From positions 2,816,001 through 2,880,000 of the forward strand of contig OY762492.1 in the NCBI GenBank assembly GCA_963665845.2: a stretch of 64,000 bases of DNA, written 5' to 3'. The position numbers and the translations under genes were made by a program. The notes beneath the pieces were generated by a model. The model did not search any database and was not told the DNA's origin. It saw only the letters and a program-made list of their open reading frames with translations. Of the stretch, positions 27,635 through 37,654 are shown one piece after another. How positions within the stretch are numbered: position 1 is the stretch's first letter; each line of letters begins with the position of its first letter. This DNA is from Candidatus Poribacteria bacterium (GTDB lineage Bacteria; Poribacteria; WGA-4E; GCA-2687025).

Positions 27635-29818
27635 ATGAGCGTACGATTGATCACTCGCATGTTCGCGCTGGCGTTGTGTTTTGCAGCCGCCTTGTCGTGC
27701 GGCAAAAAGACCTCTGATCATGAACGTTACGATTCGCTGTTCAGCGGCGCGCGTCTTGAAAATCTGCCCGACGATCTTGAGAAAGACATCCGCAGCTTTT
27801 TGGAAAAGGCGGACGACAAGGCGCTCCGCAGCCGCGCGGCCTACCGATACGGAATGACGCTGGAGCGGCAGGAGCGCTGGGCGGAGGCGTCCGAGGCGTA
27901 TGCGGCGGCGGACGAGGGGGAGTTCCTGCTCCGCGACTTCGCCCGATTTTACCGCGCCAAGGCGGAGCATCAACTCGGCAATTACACCGAAGCGATTCGC
28001 CTTTACCAGTCCATTTTAAACGAGTTCCATGATTTTCCGCTGCCGGCGACAGCGCGCCTTAACATCGGACGCGCCTACTCGGCGGCGGAAGAACATGAGA
28101 AAGCGCTCGCGGTCTTTGAGACGTTGACAGGCGACCCCGATTTTGGACGCAACGCCCGTTTCCGCGTCGGGACAACGCAGACGCTGCTGAACCGCCCGCA
28201 GAAAGCGTTCGAGGCGTTTCAAAAGCTGATTGACGAATCCAGCAGGGACGATTACGCCAAGCGCGCCGTTGAGCAGATTCAGAAGTTGGCGTCTCAACAC
28301 CCTGAACTGAAACTGACCCGCTCCAAAGCGATGGCGCATGGGCGCGTGTTGTATGGACATGGCGACCGAAGCGGCGCCCGCTCCATGTGGCTCTCGGCGG
28401 CGCGCGGACATAACGATGAGATGGCGGCGCAGGCGCGGTATGAGATCGGACGCTCCTATCTGCGCGACCGAGAATACGACAAGGCGATCGAAACGTTTGA
28501 AGCAATCTTGACGCGCGGACATGCCAACTACCGCACGCGGGCGCAGTATCAGCGCATCCTTGCGCACCGGCGGAAAGGTTATAGAACGCGCGCGCTGCAG
28601 CTGTTTCAGGAGTTTGTCGACCAGAACCCGCGCTCAACCTTGATGGACGATGTCCTCATGGAGTATGGATGGACGCTGCGCGACAGCGGCAACTACGCGG
28701 CGGCGAAGGATCAATACGCCAAACTTGCGCGGCGGTATTCGTCCAGCCGCCTCGCGCCGGAAGCGGCATGGATGGCAGCCTGGTGCGAGATTCAGTTGGG
28801 ACGGCACGCGCAGGGACTCGAAACGCTGCATCAGCTGGTGGAGAGCTACGCCGACAGCGACTACGCCGGGCAAGGCATGTTCTGGGTCGGAAAAATGAAC
28901 GAACGCCTTGGGCGATGGGACAAAGCGGCGAAGGCGTACGAAAAAACCCTTGAGAAAAACGCTTGGTATTACGGAGCGCGCGCGGAGGAGCGGCTTCAAG
29001 AAATGGAGCGGGAGGGGCGCGTCAAAAAAGGCAGGATGGAAAAGACGCGCCGCATGATCGCCAAAGCCTCCGTATCGATTGAAGACCTGGAGCGCATGCC
29101 GTATGAACGGGTGACGCTCATGCGCTCGCTGGGCGACCTGGACGCCGCGATTGCCGAGATGACCGCGATGCTGGAAGACAACGACCCTGACAACCGCGCC
29201 CGCCTCTGCTATCATCTGCGGGATGTGTATGAGCAGGCGGGGCAAGGTCACCGCTCCTATCTGATGGCGTACCGTTTTTCGCAGCTGCCTGAAACGCAGT
29301 GGGACCGCGAGACCGCCCCGGTGGAGATCGGAAAGCTGCTTTACCCGATGCCGTATCAGGACGCGATCAACCGCGCGGCGAAGGAGTTCGATGTGGACCC
29401 GCGCTACCTGGCGGCGATGATGCGCGAGGAGAGCCATTTTCGGCGGACAGTCGCCTCTAACGCCGGCGCGAGGGGACTCATGCAGGTCATGCCGGAAACA
29501 GGGCGCTGGATCGCCCAGAATATCGGCATGAAGTCGTTCGATACCAAAATGCTTTTAGACCCAGAGGTGAATATACGGTTTGGGGCATGGTATATTCGTT
29601 TTCTGCTGGATCGTTTTGGGGACGATTTTGCGCTGGTGTCGGGAGCTTACAACGCGGGGGCGGGGCGCATGGGCGAATGGCGCGAGCGTTTTCAGAACAA
29701 CGACCTGGACGAATTCATTGAGCAGCTGCCGTTCGACGAAACGCGGCGGCACATCAAGAAGGTGATGCATACCTACGACGTCTACCGCGCGCTGTACGAC
29801 GACGGCGAGTCAGGATGA
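27635..29818 (+). CDS. TPR-containing soluble lytic murein transglycosylase (lipoprotein)
   Basis: LSC lipobox; TPR repeats; MREESHF, GARGLMQVMP and AYNAG motifs of the SLT domain. Confidence 0.9.
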   Translation: MSVRLITRMFALALCFAAALSCGKKTSDHERYDSLFSGARLENLPDDLEKDIRSFLEKADDKALRSRAAYRYGMTLERQERWAEASEAYAAADEGEFLLRDFARFYRAKAEHQLGNYTEAIRLYQSILNEFHDFPLPATARLNIGRAYSAAEEHEKALAVFETLTGDPDFGRNARFRVGTTQTLLNRPQKAFEAFQKLIDESSRDDYAKRAVEQIQKLASQHPELKLTRSKAMAHGRVLYGHGDRSGARSMWLSAARGHNDEMAAQARYEIGRSYLRDREYDKAIETFEAILTRGHANYRTRAQYQRILAHRRKGYRTRALQLFQEFVDQNPRSTLMDDVLMEYGWTLRDSGNYAAAKDQYAKLARRYSSSRLAPEAAWMAAWCEIQLGRHAQGLETLHQLVESYADSDYAGQGMFWVGKMNERLGRWDKAAKAYEKTLEKNAWYYGARAEERLQEMEREGRVKKGRMEKTRRMIAKASVSIEDLERMPYERVTLMRSLGDLDAAIAEMTAMLEDNDPDNRARLCYHLRDVYEQAGQGHRSYLMAYRFSQLPETQWDRETAPVEIGKLLYPMPYQDAINRAAKEFDVDPRYLAAMMREESHFRRTVASNAGARGLMQVMPETGRWIAQNIGMKSFDTKMLLDPEVNIRFGAWYIRFLLDRFGDDFALVSGAYNAGAGRMGEWRERFQNNDLDEFIEQLPFDETRRHIKKVMHTYDVYRALYDDGESG

Positions 29819-32149
29819 GGCGCCGCCGGCGCGCAGCTGCCGTTCGGCGTCAACGACCCCGCGGTTGAGACGGCGCGCCGCTTCGTTCAGCTTCTCGGGC
29901 AGCGTTGGATGTTCGGCGGCGGCGCGCCGCATCTGCCGAAGCAGATCGGAACCGCACCGAAACGCGCGCACAATATCTCCCTCGGAACTGCTGGTATGGT
30001 CAATCAGCTCCTCAAACGCGCAGCCCTGCGACCATGCCAGAACGGCAGAGGTCAACTTGATATCCATCGGCTGCGACAGCGGTTCCACCCCATGCTCCTC
30101 CTCAACGTCGCGCATCTTGTCGATCTCTTTCGCTGCTTCTTTCAGCATGTTTAAAACGGACCTGCCGCCTGCTGTTGGGGACGGGCGGCGAAACCATGCG
30201 TCCCGTTTCGACTCAAAACACATCGCGACCGCCAGCGCGTTCATCGCGTCAGGGTCCGCCTTTTCAAAAAAGCCTGCCAGCAGAAGCTGCGTCACCTGCA
30301 TCTCATATCCATGGACGCGCTTGGCGATCTCGCCTCTCGGCAGCGCCTCCATTCCGTCCACATATCCGAGCGTTTCTAGGACGCGCAGCCGGCTTTCGAT
30401 CTGCTCGCGCTGCCGCCGCGCCGCTTTGTTCATGCGCTCTTTGATCGAGTCGGCTTTCGCGCCGATGCGCTTGTGGGCGGAAAACGCGATCTGGCAATCC
30501 CCAAGATGCGGGCATCCGTGGCACACGGCGTCATGGTACGCCTTTTTGGCGACCGCCTCGGCGCGTTTGAGCCGTTTTAAAGCGCGGTCGCGGCGCGAAC
30601 GTCCATCCCGCCCTCTGTAACGCCGCTTCGCGTCTCGGCGCAAGCCGCTCATCTTGCGCAGCTGTTCACCAACATCGTAATGGATCTCTCGGTATTGACC
30701 GATGGCATGGACAGGGTCATGTCCAAAACGGCACTCCAGCGTCGGAGCCGCCCGCCGCTCCTCTTCCACCGCTTGAAGCTGCTGTCCAAGATGCTGCGCG
30801 ACGGAAGCGTTTTGGTAGTTGCTGAAACTCTGCTCGGCAACCTCAAAGATCATCTCCTCGTACTGCTCTAGCAGGTTCAGAATGCTGGAGTAGGAGAGGT
30901 TGAACTGGCTTTCAATCGGCTCTGGCTTGCCGGTCAGCGTGTGCTGGACGGCGGAGAAGTCGACGGAGCGGGGGTTGACGGAGGCGTAAACATATCCTTT
31001 GGCGTCGATGCCCCGCCTCCCCGCCCGCCCCGCCATTTGTTGATATTCCAGCGCTTTGAGCGGGCGGACCGAGACGCCGTCATATTTTTGCAGGCTCTCA
31101 AAGATCGCCGACCGCGCCGGCATGTTGACGCCGACCGCAAAGGTCTCCGTCGTAAAGAGCAGGCGAACCAAGCCGCGCGTGAAAAGCCGCTCAACCGCCT
31201 CTTTGAGCGTCGGCAGCATCCCAGCGTGATGATACGCGATGCCGCGCTCCAGCAGCGACCGAAACTCTTCGGCGCGCGCGTTGTCGCCGATGTTGAACAT
31301 GCCGCATAGTTCGTCGTACGCTTTCAGCATCTCGCGCGACTCTTCGGTCGTCAAAAAGGAGCCTTCCGATTGAAAGCTGCGGGCGCGCTCTTCGCACCCT
31401 TTTCGGCTGAAGCAAAAGTAAAGCGCGGGGAGTCTGTCATGTTCGCGCAGATCGTCAACCAGCTGCGTTGTGTTGAAGTCGGCGGAGGAGTGTCGGCGGC
31501 GCCCCTTGCTTCCGCGCCGCGCTCTTTCCACCGCCTTTTTGAGGTCGTTGATCGAACCGGCGCCCTGTTTCGGCATATAGACGACATGCTCAAGCGGAAC
31601 GGGGCGCTTCGTTTCAGAGACGACGCGCAGCGGAAGGTCGCGCGCGCTTTGAATCCACCCCGCAAACTGTTCGAGGTTCGGTATCGTCGCGCTGAGGCAA
31701 ACGATCTGCATGGCTTGCGGGGCGAAGATGATCGACTCTTCCCAGACGGTTCCGCGTTCGATGTCGTTGATAAAATGGATCTCGTCGAAGATGACGCATT
31801 CGACGTTTTGCAGCTGGCGCGCGTTTTCAAAGACCGCGTTTCGAAAGATTTCGGTCGTCATGGCGAGCAGCGGCGCATGCGGGTTCAGGACGACGTCGCC
31901 TGTGACGATGCCGACGTTTTCGTCTCCGAAGGCGGCTCTAAAATCGCGGTATTTTTGGTTGCTGAGCGCTTTGATGGGGGCGGTGTAGATGACGCGCTTG
32001 CCGAGCCGCTGGCACCGCTCGGCGGCGTATTCGGCGATGACCGTCTTGCCGGCACCCGTCGGGGCGGAGACGATGACCGATTCGCCAGCGTCAACGGCGC
32101 GGCATGCCTCTTCTTGGAACGGGTCGAGCCGCCAGTTTCCGTAGCGCAT
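29810..32149 (-). CDS. Ski2/HelY-like DEAD/DEAH-box RNA helicase
   Basis: APTGAGKT, PIKALSNQK, DEIH, LSAT and QMAGRAGRRG motifs; DSHCT-like C-terminus; GGAGG RBS before ATG 32149. Confidence 0.92.
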   Translation of the reverse strand: MRYGNWRLDPFQEEACRAVDAGESVIVSAPTGAGKTVIAEYAAERCQRLGKRVIYTAPIKALSNQKYRDFRAAFGDENVGIVTGDVVLNPHAPLLAMTTEIFRNAVFENARQLQNVECVIFDEIHFINDIERGTVWEESIIFAPQAMQIVCLSATIPNLEQFAGWIQSARDLPLRVVSETKRPVPLEHVVYMPKQGAGSINDLKKAVERARRGSKGRRRHSSADFNTTQLVDDLREHDRLPALYFCFSRKGCEERARSFQSEGSFLTTEESREMLKAYDELCGMFNIGDNARAEEFRSLLERGIAYHHAGMLPTLKEAVERLFTRGLVRLLFTTETFAVGVNMPARSAIFESLQKYDGVSVRPLKALEYQQMAGRAGRRGIDAKGYVYASVNPRSVDFSAVQHTLTGKPEPIESQFNLSYSSILNLLEQYEEMIFEVAEQSFSNYQNASVAQHLGQQLQAVEEERRAAPTLECRFGHDPVHAIGQYREIHYDVGEQLRKMSGLRRDAKRRYRGRDGRSRRDRALKRLKRAEAVAKKAYHDAVCHGCPHLGDCQIAFSAHKRIGAKADSIKERMNKAARRQREQIESRLRVLETLGYVDGMEALPRGEIAKRVHGYEMQVTQLLLAGFFEKADPDAMNALAVAMCFESKRDAWFRRPSPTAGGRSVLNMLKEAAKEIDKMRDVEEEHGVEPLSQPMDIKLTSAVLAWSQGCAFEELIDHTSSSEGDIVRAFRCGSDLLRQMRRAAAEHPTLPEKLNEAARRLNRGVVDAERQLRAGGASS

Positions 32150-32255
32150 GGAACCTCCCTGCATTCGCTAGACGATTGTAATGTTGGCAGGGGGGATGGG
32201 GAAGGTCAAGGCGAAGCGCCGCCGGCTTGTTCCACTTCAAGCGTCAAGGTTCGTT

Positions 32256-32738
32256 TTATGCGCCCGCGCAAAGATGGGTGTCAAGAATTCGTTGACGCTC
32301 TTTTCTCTCCCTTGCTACAGGATAGACGACGCCGTTTTTTATCAGCGCATTGTTCTTGAAATCTTGTTGGAGATCCTTGTCTTTGGAGTATAAAAGGCGC
32401 GCCCCGCTCACTTGCGCAAGGGCGATCACATGCGCGTCGTTCGACTTGCAGACATCCTCTTGAATCAGCCGCTTTTCCGCGTCGTCAACTTTGCTTTTGT
32501 CAGGTTGAATAAGCCTTCCTGATTGAAGTCCATCACTAATCCAATCTCTGGCGTAGGGGCCGGACCTTTCGATCTCGTTCAGAAGCTTCCCTTCGGCTAC
32601 AAGGATTCCCTTCCCTTTATTAAGCCATTTTAAAATCATGCCACCCGCTTCGGAACTTTTCTGCCATGTTTCCATATTACCTTTGAAACGTTTTGGGAAT
32701 ATCTCATGGACGATATTCGCGTCAATGATGAAGCACAT
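32256..32738 (-). CDS. PIN-domain-like protein
   Basis: FIIDANI at the N-terminus; SNDAHVIALA...LLYSKDKDL acidic pattern. Confidence 0.7.
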   Translation of the reverse strand: MCFIIDANIVHEIFPKRFKGNMETWQKSSEAGGMILKWLNKGKGILVAEGKLLNEIERSGPYARDWISDGLQSGRLIQPDKSKVDDAEKRLIQEDVCKSNDAHVIALAQVSGARLLYSKDKDLQQDFKNNALIKNGVVYPVARERKERQRILDTHLCAGA

Positions 32739-32741
32739 AAA

Positions 32742-34043
32742 TTACAGCCCTATAGACCTTGTTGTTTCTTCCATGAAAAACTGGCGGTAGCCTTCAGGCG
32801 CGTCCTTTACGTTGCCGAGTTCGTCGAACCGTATCGGATAGATGCGCACATCTAAGCCGTCCCGCTCAAAATAGAGAATCCTGACATCGTCGGACGTCAG
32901 ACCGCCGATCTGGTCGCGGACATCCATGCGCACCCTGTTCATCAGATAATCGCTGTGCGTTTCTACAATCAGCTGGTTGCCTTCCGACGCGGTCCGGCAC
33001 AGCTGGCTGCCGAGAGCCGCCTGCGCGGACGGGTGCAGATGCGTTTCCGGTTGCTGCAGCAGATACAAAACCGGCTCGGGTTGAAAAAACAGCTCTGTCG
33101 CTGTTGGAAGGATCTGGCTGACGCCGTAGCCGACATCCTTCAAGTTGCGCCATGGACTTTCTATCCCGCCGTTTGTTTTTCGTACCCGAATTTGGAACGG
33201 CGCGCTGTCAAATTCTTCGAGCGGTCTGATCACCTTAATCTCATCAAACAGCCCCGACTCTTTGCCAAACGCCTCCAGATTCTCTTTAAGGCGATTCCAC
33301 TGATCCGTCTTATGAGCGGACAGATGCGCAAACAGGGACGGAATATAGGAGCCTTCAGGGTCTCGGGCAACAGGCGCGGGGTCGTAGGTTCGCTTTGGAT
33401 TCGAACGAACTGGAGCGGACGATACGACTGGCGGAAAAAGCGTTTCTTCCCCGGCAAGCAATCTTCCATGGGGCCATAACTTTTTGAATCCAGCTTTTTC
33501 TTCCTTGCCAGCTTCAGGGGCGCCTTCATTCGGGATTAAGCCGATCTTGATACCTTCGTCGCCGGTTTGAACTTTCCATTCCCAAACGCCTCTGGAGCTG
33601 CCTAGCCGCCCCGATTTTGGAAGCAGAGATGCGGCGGATTCGGTCAAGGGGTCGTACTCCGCTTCAACCCAAACGCCTTTGCGTTCGGAGCGCGTTTTAG
33701 ATCTAAAGGGCGCGCCTGCATTCTTTTTAAAGGTGTACTCAATGCGATAGGGAATGTTCTCTTTGTCGGCAGGCCGGAGTTCGCATCCGCCGATAAAATA
33801 GTCTGCCTGTCCGCCTCTTCCGCCGCGAGAGTGGGCAATCTCGTCAAAGCTGCCGAGGTCATACGGCTCTTTGAAGTTGGGAATTCCAATCATCTGTGTT
33901 TTCTGATCAATGAGAGCGTTGATCATGGCGAGGAAGGAGGTTTTGCCCGTACTGTTTTCGCCGACAAGCAGCGTCAGCGGCTTGAGCGGCACATCCTGTT
34001 TTTCGCGGAAACAGCGAAAATTTTCAACCCAAATTCTATCCAT
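32742..34043 (-). CDS. ABC-type (AAA_21/DUF3696-like) ATPase
   Basis: VENFRCF; Walker A GENSTGKT; GYGVSQ signature; LLQQPETHLHP; VETHS. Confidence 0.88.
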   Translation of the reverse strand: MDRIWVENFRCFREKQDVPLKPLTLLVGENSTGKTSFLAMINALIDQKTQMIGIPNFKEPYDLGSFDEIAHSRGGRGGQADYFIGGCELRPADKENIPYRIEYTFKKNAGAPFRSKTRSERKGVWVEAEYDPLTESAASLLPKSGRLGSSRGVWEWKVQTGDEGIKIGLIPNEGAPEAGKEEKAGFKKLWPHGRLLAGEETLFPPVVSSAPVRSNPKRTYDPAPVARDPEGSYIPSLFAHLSAHKTDQWNRLKENLEAFGKESGLFDEIKVIRPLEEFDSAPFQIRVRKTNGGIESPWRNLKDVGYGVSQILPTATELFFQPEPVLYLLQQPETHLHPSAQAALGSQLCRTASEGNQLIVETHSDYLMNRVRMDVRDQIGGLTSDDVRILYFERDGLDVRIYPIRFDELGNVKDAPEGYRQFFMEETTRSIGL

Positions 34044-34070
34044 GATCGGCTCTCCTGCGTCTGTCTATTA

Positions 34071-34099
34071 AGCGTACCACGCGGGAAAGTTATTTGCAA
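34071..34099 (-). promoter_or_regulatory. Sigma70-like promoter for the ATPase-PIN pair
   Basis: Minus strand TTGCAA-N17-TACGCT. Confidence 0.5.
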
Positions 34100-34111
34100 G
34101 GAGCGGCAGGG

Positions 34112-35404
34112 CTATTCGTTAGGCGGCGGCTGTTTGGAACGGCGGTTGCCGTGAGCGATGATTTCTTGCCGCCGCTTGATCCAGCCCTTGTCGGTCAGCA
34201 GCTTGATCAGCTCCTCATGCGACTTTGTGCCTTTATGCGCGTTGCAGGACGCGCACAGCAGCTGCAGGTTGCTGATATGGTCGTTGCCGCCATTCGCGCG
34301 CGGAATGATATGATCCACCTGAAAATGCCGCGGCTCAAAATGCGTCCCGCAGGCGGAGCAGTAACCGCCCTGCTGCCCGTAAAGATAAAGGCGGTTCTCG
34401 GCGCAATTGTATTTCGGGATTTTGCCCAAGTCGGTTCGTTTGGGAATGTCGGTTCGATGCGCGCCTCGGTACATCAGCCCGACCTCCTCCTGCAAACGCG
34501 ACTTTACAAGATCCGCCGCCTTCTCGGAGATGTCGATGCCAGCCCATCGGCGGCCGAGCTGCTCAGCGGCGACGCATGTCGTCGCGCAGCCGCAGAACGG
34601 ATCCAAAACCATATCGCCCTCGTTCGAGGACGCCTCTATGACGCGATGAAGAAGCGCCAGCGGCTTTTGCGTTGGATAGCCGGTCCGCTCCTTTGACCTC
34701 GACGAAAGCGTGATCTCCCATACGTTGTCCATACGCTTTCCTTCGGGATCGATGTAGTACTTCTTGCCGGCGTTCATTCGGTAAATTCCGCGCTCATCCC
34801 GCTGCCATTTTCGGAGCGTAGATTCTGGCCACGGTTCTCGAAGAACATTGAAAGTAGATTCGCCCGATTTGGCATAAAAAAAGAGCGTGTCGGTATTTCG
34901 AAGAAAATGCTGTTTCGGCTTCCCTGACGATGTTCTATACCGCCAAACGATTTCATTCCGAAAATTCGCCTTGCCGAAAACCGAATCCATCAGCAGTTTC
35001 AGATAGTGGCTCGCGGTCGGATCGCAGTGGAGGTAGATGGAGCCGTCCGGTTTCAGCAGCCTGCGCATCTCCATGACGCGAATCGCCATGTAAATCAGGT
35101 AGCTCATCATGGAGGCGCCGTGTATGTCGCGCGTCGCGGTCAAGAGCGCGTAGAGACCAGGGTATTCATGCTTGATCTCGCCGTGCCAGACCAGATTCAC
35201 ATCGTCCAGCCCCCATGTGTCTTTGAAGGCGGCGCCTGCCGCTTTGCTTCCGATGGGCGCGGCGTAATTCGCCTTGCTGTTGAACGGCGGATCTAGGTAG
35301 ATCAGGTCAACGCTGTTAGAGTTCATGCCGCGCATGATGTCCAGGTTGTCGCCTGTCCATATCGTCTGCGAGGCGAAATTGGCGGCGCGCGTTTCTTGTT
35401 TCAT
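34112..35404 (-). CDS. N6/N4 DNA methyltransferase (beta class) fused to a C-terminal HNH endonuclease
   Basis: DLIYLDPPF, YPTQKP and DPFCGCATT motifs; C-terminal CSAC...VDHIIP...GG.D...NLQLLCASCNAHKG. Confidence 0.92.
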   Translation of the reverse strand: MKQETRAANFASQTIWTGDNLDIMRGMNSNSVDLIYLDPPFNSKANYAAPIGSKAAGAAFKDTWGLDDVNLVWHGEIKHEYPGLYALLTATRDIHGASMMSYLIYMAIRVMEMRRLLKPDGSIYLHCDPTASHYLKLLMDSVFGKANFRNEIVWRYRTSSGKPKQHFLRNTDTLFFYAKSGESTFNVLREPWPESTLRKWQRDERGIYRMNAGKKYYIDPEGKRMDNVWEITLSSRSKERTGYPTQKPLALLHRVIEASSNEGDMVLDPFCGCATTCVAAEQLGRRWAGIDISEKAADLVKSRLQEEVGLMYRGAHRTDIPKRTDLGKIPKYNCAENRLYLYGQQGGYCSACGTHFEPRHFQVDHIIPRANGGNDHISNLQLLCASCNAHKGTKSHEELIKLLTDKGWIKRRQEIIAHGNRRSKQPPPNE

Positions 35405-35419
35405 CAGCCCCCTGCAGAA

Positions 35420-36304
35420 TCAGCCTCTGCGGATCATGTCAAAAAACTCGCGGCGCGCCTCCGGGTCGTCCTTTAGTACGCCCATCGCGCAGCTGGAGGA
35501 AGCGCGCGAATGCTGCTTTTCAACGCCGCGCATCATCATGCATAAGTGGGACGCTTCCGTCGCCACGACAACGCCCAGCGGGTTCAGAGTCTCCTGCAGC
35601 GCCTCGGCGATCTGGCGCGTCATCCGCTCCTGAACCTGATACCGCCGCGCAAACAGATCCACAAGGCGCGGTATCTTGCTGAGACCGATGATCTGACCGT
35701 TCGGAATATAACCGACATGGCACCGCCCGAAAAACGGCAGCATATGATGCTCGCACAGGCTGTAAAATTCGATGTTCGGAACCGTCACAAGCCCGCCCGC
35801 ATCCTCCTTAAAGAGAGCGTCGCCGACCGCCTCTTCAACCGAGGAGCGGTATCCCTGCGTAAAGAAAAGGGCGGCTTCAGCGGCTCTCTGCGGCGTTTTT
35901 CGCATGCCGGATCTATTGACGTTTCCGCCCGTCATTTCAAGTATTTGCGCATACATCGCGGCGGCAACCTTCTGCATACTCTGCTGCGATGCGGCTCCAA
36001 ACGCCCTCGCGTCTTCGCGCGGCGCGCCCTCTCCCAGCCGTTCTTGGAGATGCTCCTGCAGACGCTGAAAGTATTCCACATACTGCCTGCCGACGCCTTT
36101 TAAAGCCAGAATGGACTCTGGATCCACGCCCAGAACGTCGCTTGTCAAGAGCGGGCGCCCCGCGGCGTTTTCAAGGCGCAGCGCCACCTTCCGCAGCATA
36201 GAGTTTTTCGGCTCTCCGTCCAGAAGGGCGCGGACAAGCAATTTCGGGGCGGATTCGTTCGTTTCGTTCTCTTGCGCGGCGTCCGTATCCAACGTCAAGT
36301 CCAT
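35420..36304 (-). CDS. folE: GTP cyclohydrolase I with N-terminal extension
   Basis: TPQR, SLCEHHMLPF, GLSKIPR, QVQER and HLCMMMRGV motifs. Confidence 0.92.
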   Translation of the reverse strand: MDLTLDTDAAQENETNESAPKLLVRALLDGEPKNSMLRKVALRLENAAGRPLLTSDVLGVDPESILALKGVGRQYVEYFQRLQEHLQERLGEGAPREDARAFGAASQQSMQKVAAAMYAQILEMTGGNVNRSGMRKTPQRAAEAALFFTQGYRSSVEEAVGDALFKEDAGGLVTVPNIEFYSLCEHHMLPFFGRCHVGYIPNGQIIGLSKIPRLVDLFARRYQVQERMTRQIAEALQETLNPLGVVVATEASHLCMMMRGVEKQHSRASSSCAMGVLKDDPEARREFFDMIRRG

Positions 36305-36325
36305 AAGCGCTCCGTAAAGATTTTT

Positions 36326-36655
36326 CTAATTTATAGGCGAAAAATCGGTCGGTTTCAAGATTTTTACGTCCACTTCAGCCACAATCTGCCCGTCTTTTTC
36401 GGTCTCCTCCCGAACGGCGAGCCATTCAGGGTCGCGCCGAAACGACTCCCAGGCGCGCTGCCGGGCGGCAAGGTCCTCATAGACGCAGAGATAGATCAGC
36501 TCGCGCTGCGTCCCGGATCCGATCTCCGGCGTCCAGAAACCGACCACCTCAATGCCGTGCCGCGGAAAAATGCGCATGGTATGTTCGCGGAAGCGGGACA
36601 GGACCGCCTCGCGGCGGCCGGGCATGGATGTATAAACGCGCATTTCGTAAATCAT
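36326..36655 (-). CDS. NIPSNAP family protein
   Basis: YEMRVY, RHGIEVVGFW, W..F..DPEW and PTDFSP motifs. Confidence 0.9.
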   Translation of the reverse strand: MIYEMRVYTSMPGRREAVLSRFREHTMRIFPRHGIEVVGFWTPEIGSGTQRELIYLCVYEDLAARQRAWESFRRDPEWLAVREETEKDGQIVAEVDVKILKPTDFSPIN

Positions 36656-37533
36656 GCGTTCCTTTCCTCGCGCTGCGCGATGGGCGCGTCCCGCCGTTCT
36701 CGGACGCGCCGGTTGTAGAGCTGGCTTATCGTTTGGGCGATCCGCCCAGGCTTTCCGCCGCCGAGGGGCTTGCCGTCAGCGAAGACGACGGGGCATATTC
36801 CAAGCGTCGTTCCGGTTAAAAACGCTTCGTCGGCGCTGCGAAATTCATCCAGCGTATAGGCGCATTCGCGGACGCGCAGACCCGCCTCCTCCGCGCATTC
36901 GATGGCGATCTCGCGCGTGACGCCAGGGAGAATATGCGGTCCGTTTTCGCGCGTGATAACCGTCCCGCGCCGCGCAATAAAAAGGCTTGAACTGGCGCCC
37001 TCGGTCATGACGCCGCGGTCATTGACGAGAACCGCTTCGTCGGCGCCGCATTCCTGCGCCTCTTTTTTCGCCATCATATTCGCCATCAGGTTGAGGCTCT
37101 TGATGTCGACGCGCCCCCAGCGCAGGTCTCGCCTTGTGATGACGCGCGCGCCTCGGCGATGCAGCTCGCGGTCTTCTTGAAGCGCGCGGACGGTCATAAC
37201 AACGGTGGGGCGCGGGTCTTTCGGCAAGGGGTAATCCCTCTCGGCGGGTCCGCGCGTGATCTGAATGTAGAGGCGGGCGTCGGGCAATTCGCTTTGGCGG
37301 TAAAGGTCGGCGGCGGCGCGCCGTATCTGCTGAAGGTCGACATTGTCGATCCAGATGTGCCGCAGGGAACGTTCAAGGCGGCTCATGTGGCGGTCAAACG
37401 CCCATAGGCGCCCGCCGTAGCTGCGCAGAACCTCATAGACGCCGTCGCCGAAGAGAACTCCGCGGTCGGCGATGGAGAGGGTCGCTTCGCCTGGAGGGGC
37501 GACGGTTCCGTTGATGTAATCGAGCTGTTTCAA
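36652..37533 (-). CDS. Class IV aminotransferase (D-amino-acid aminotransferase-like)
   Basis: DRGVLFGDGVYE, YIQITRG, IKSLN, EGASS and LPGVTR motifs. Confidence 0.9.
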   Translation of the reverse strand: MKQLDYINGTVAPPGEATLSIADRGVLFGDGVYEVLRSYGGRLWAFDRHMSRLERSLRHIWIDNVDLQQIRRAAADLYRQSELPDARLYIQITRGPAERDYPLPKDPRPTVVMTVRALQEDRELHRRGARVITRRDLRWGRVDIKSLNLMANMMAKKEAQECGADEAVLVNDRGVMTEGASSSLFIARRGTVITRENGPHILPGVTREIAIECAEEAGLRVRECAYTLDEFRSADEAFLTGTTLGICPVVFADGKPLGGGKPGRIAQTISQLYNRRVRERRDAPIAQREERNA

Positions 37534-37654
37534 AAGCGCGCTCTTTCACATAGCGGCATTGGATTGACGATATGATAGCGCATTTTTGGGAGGAACGCTA
37601 TCTGCTCATTCATACCCTCCGGCGTCCAGCGCATGGCGGCGCCGAGGAATCGCC

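Noticed and set aside
29810-32149. HelY-like helicase as part of the neighbouring defence cluster
   Set aside because: It has host-like composition and ordinary HelY architecture and is separated by about 106 bp; nothing beyond adjacency links it.
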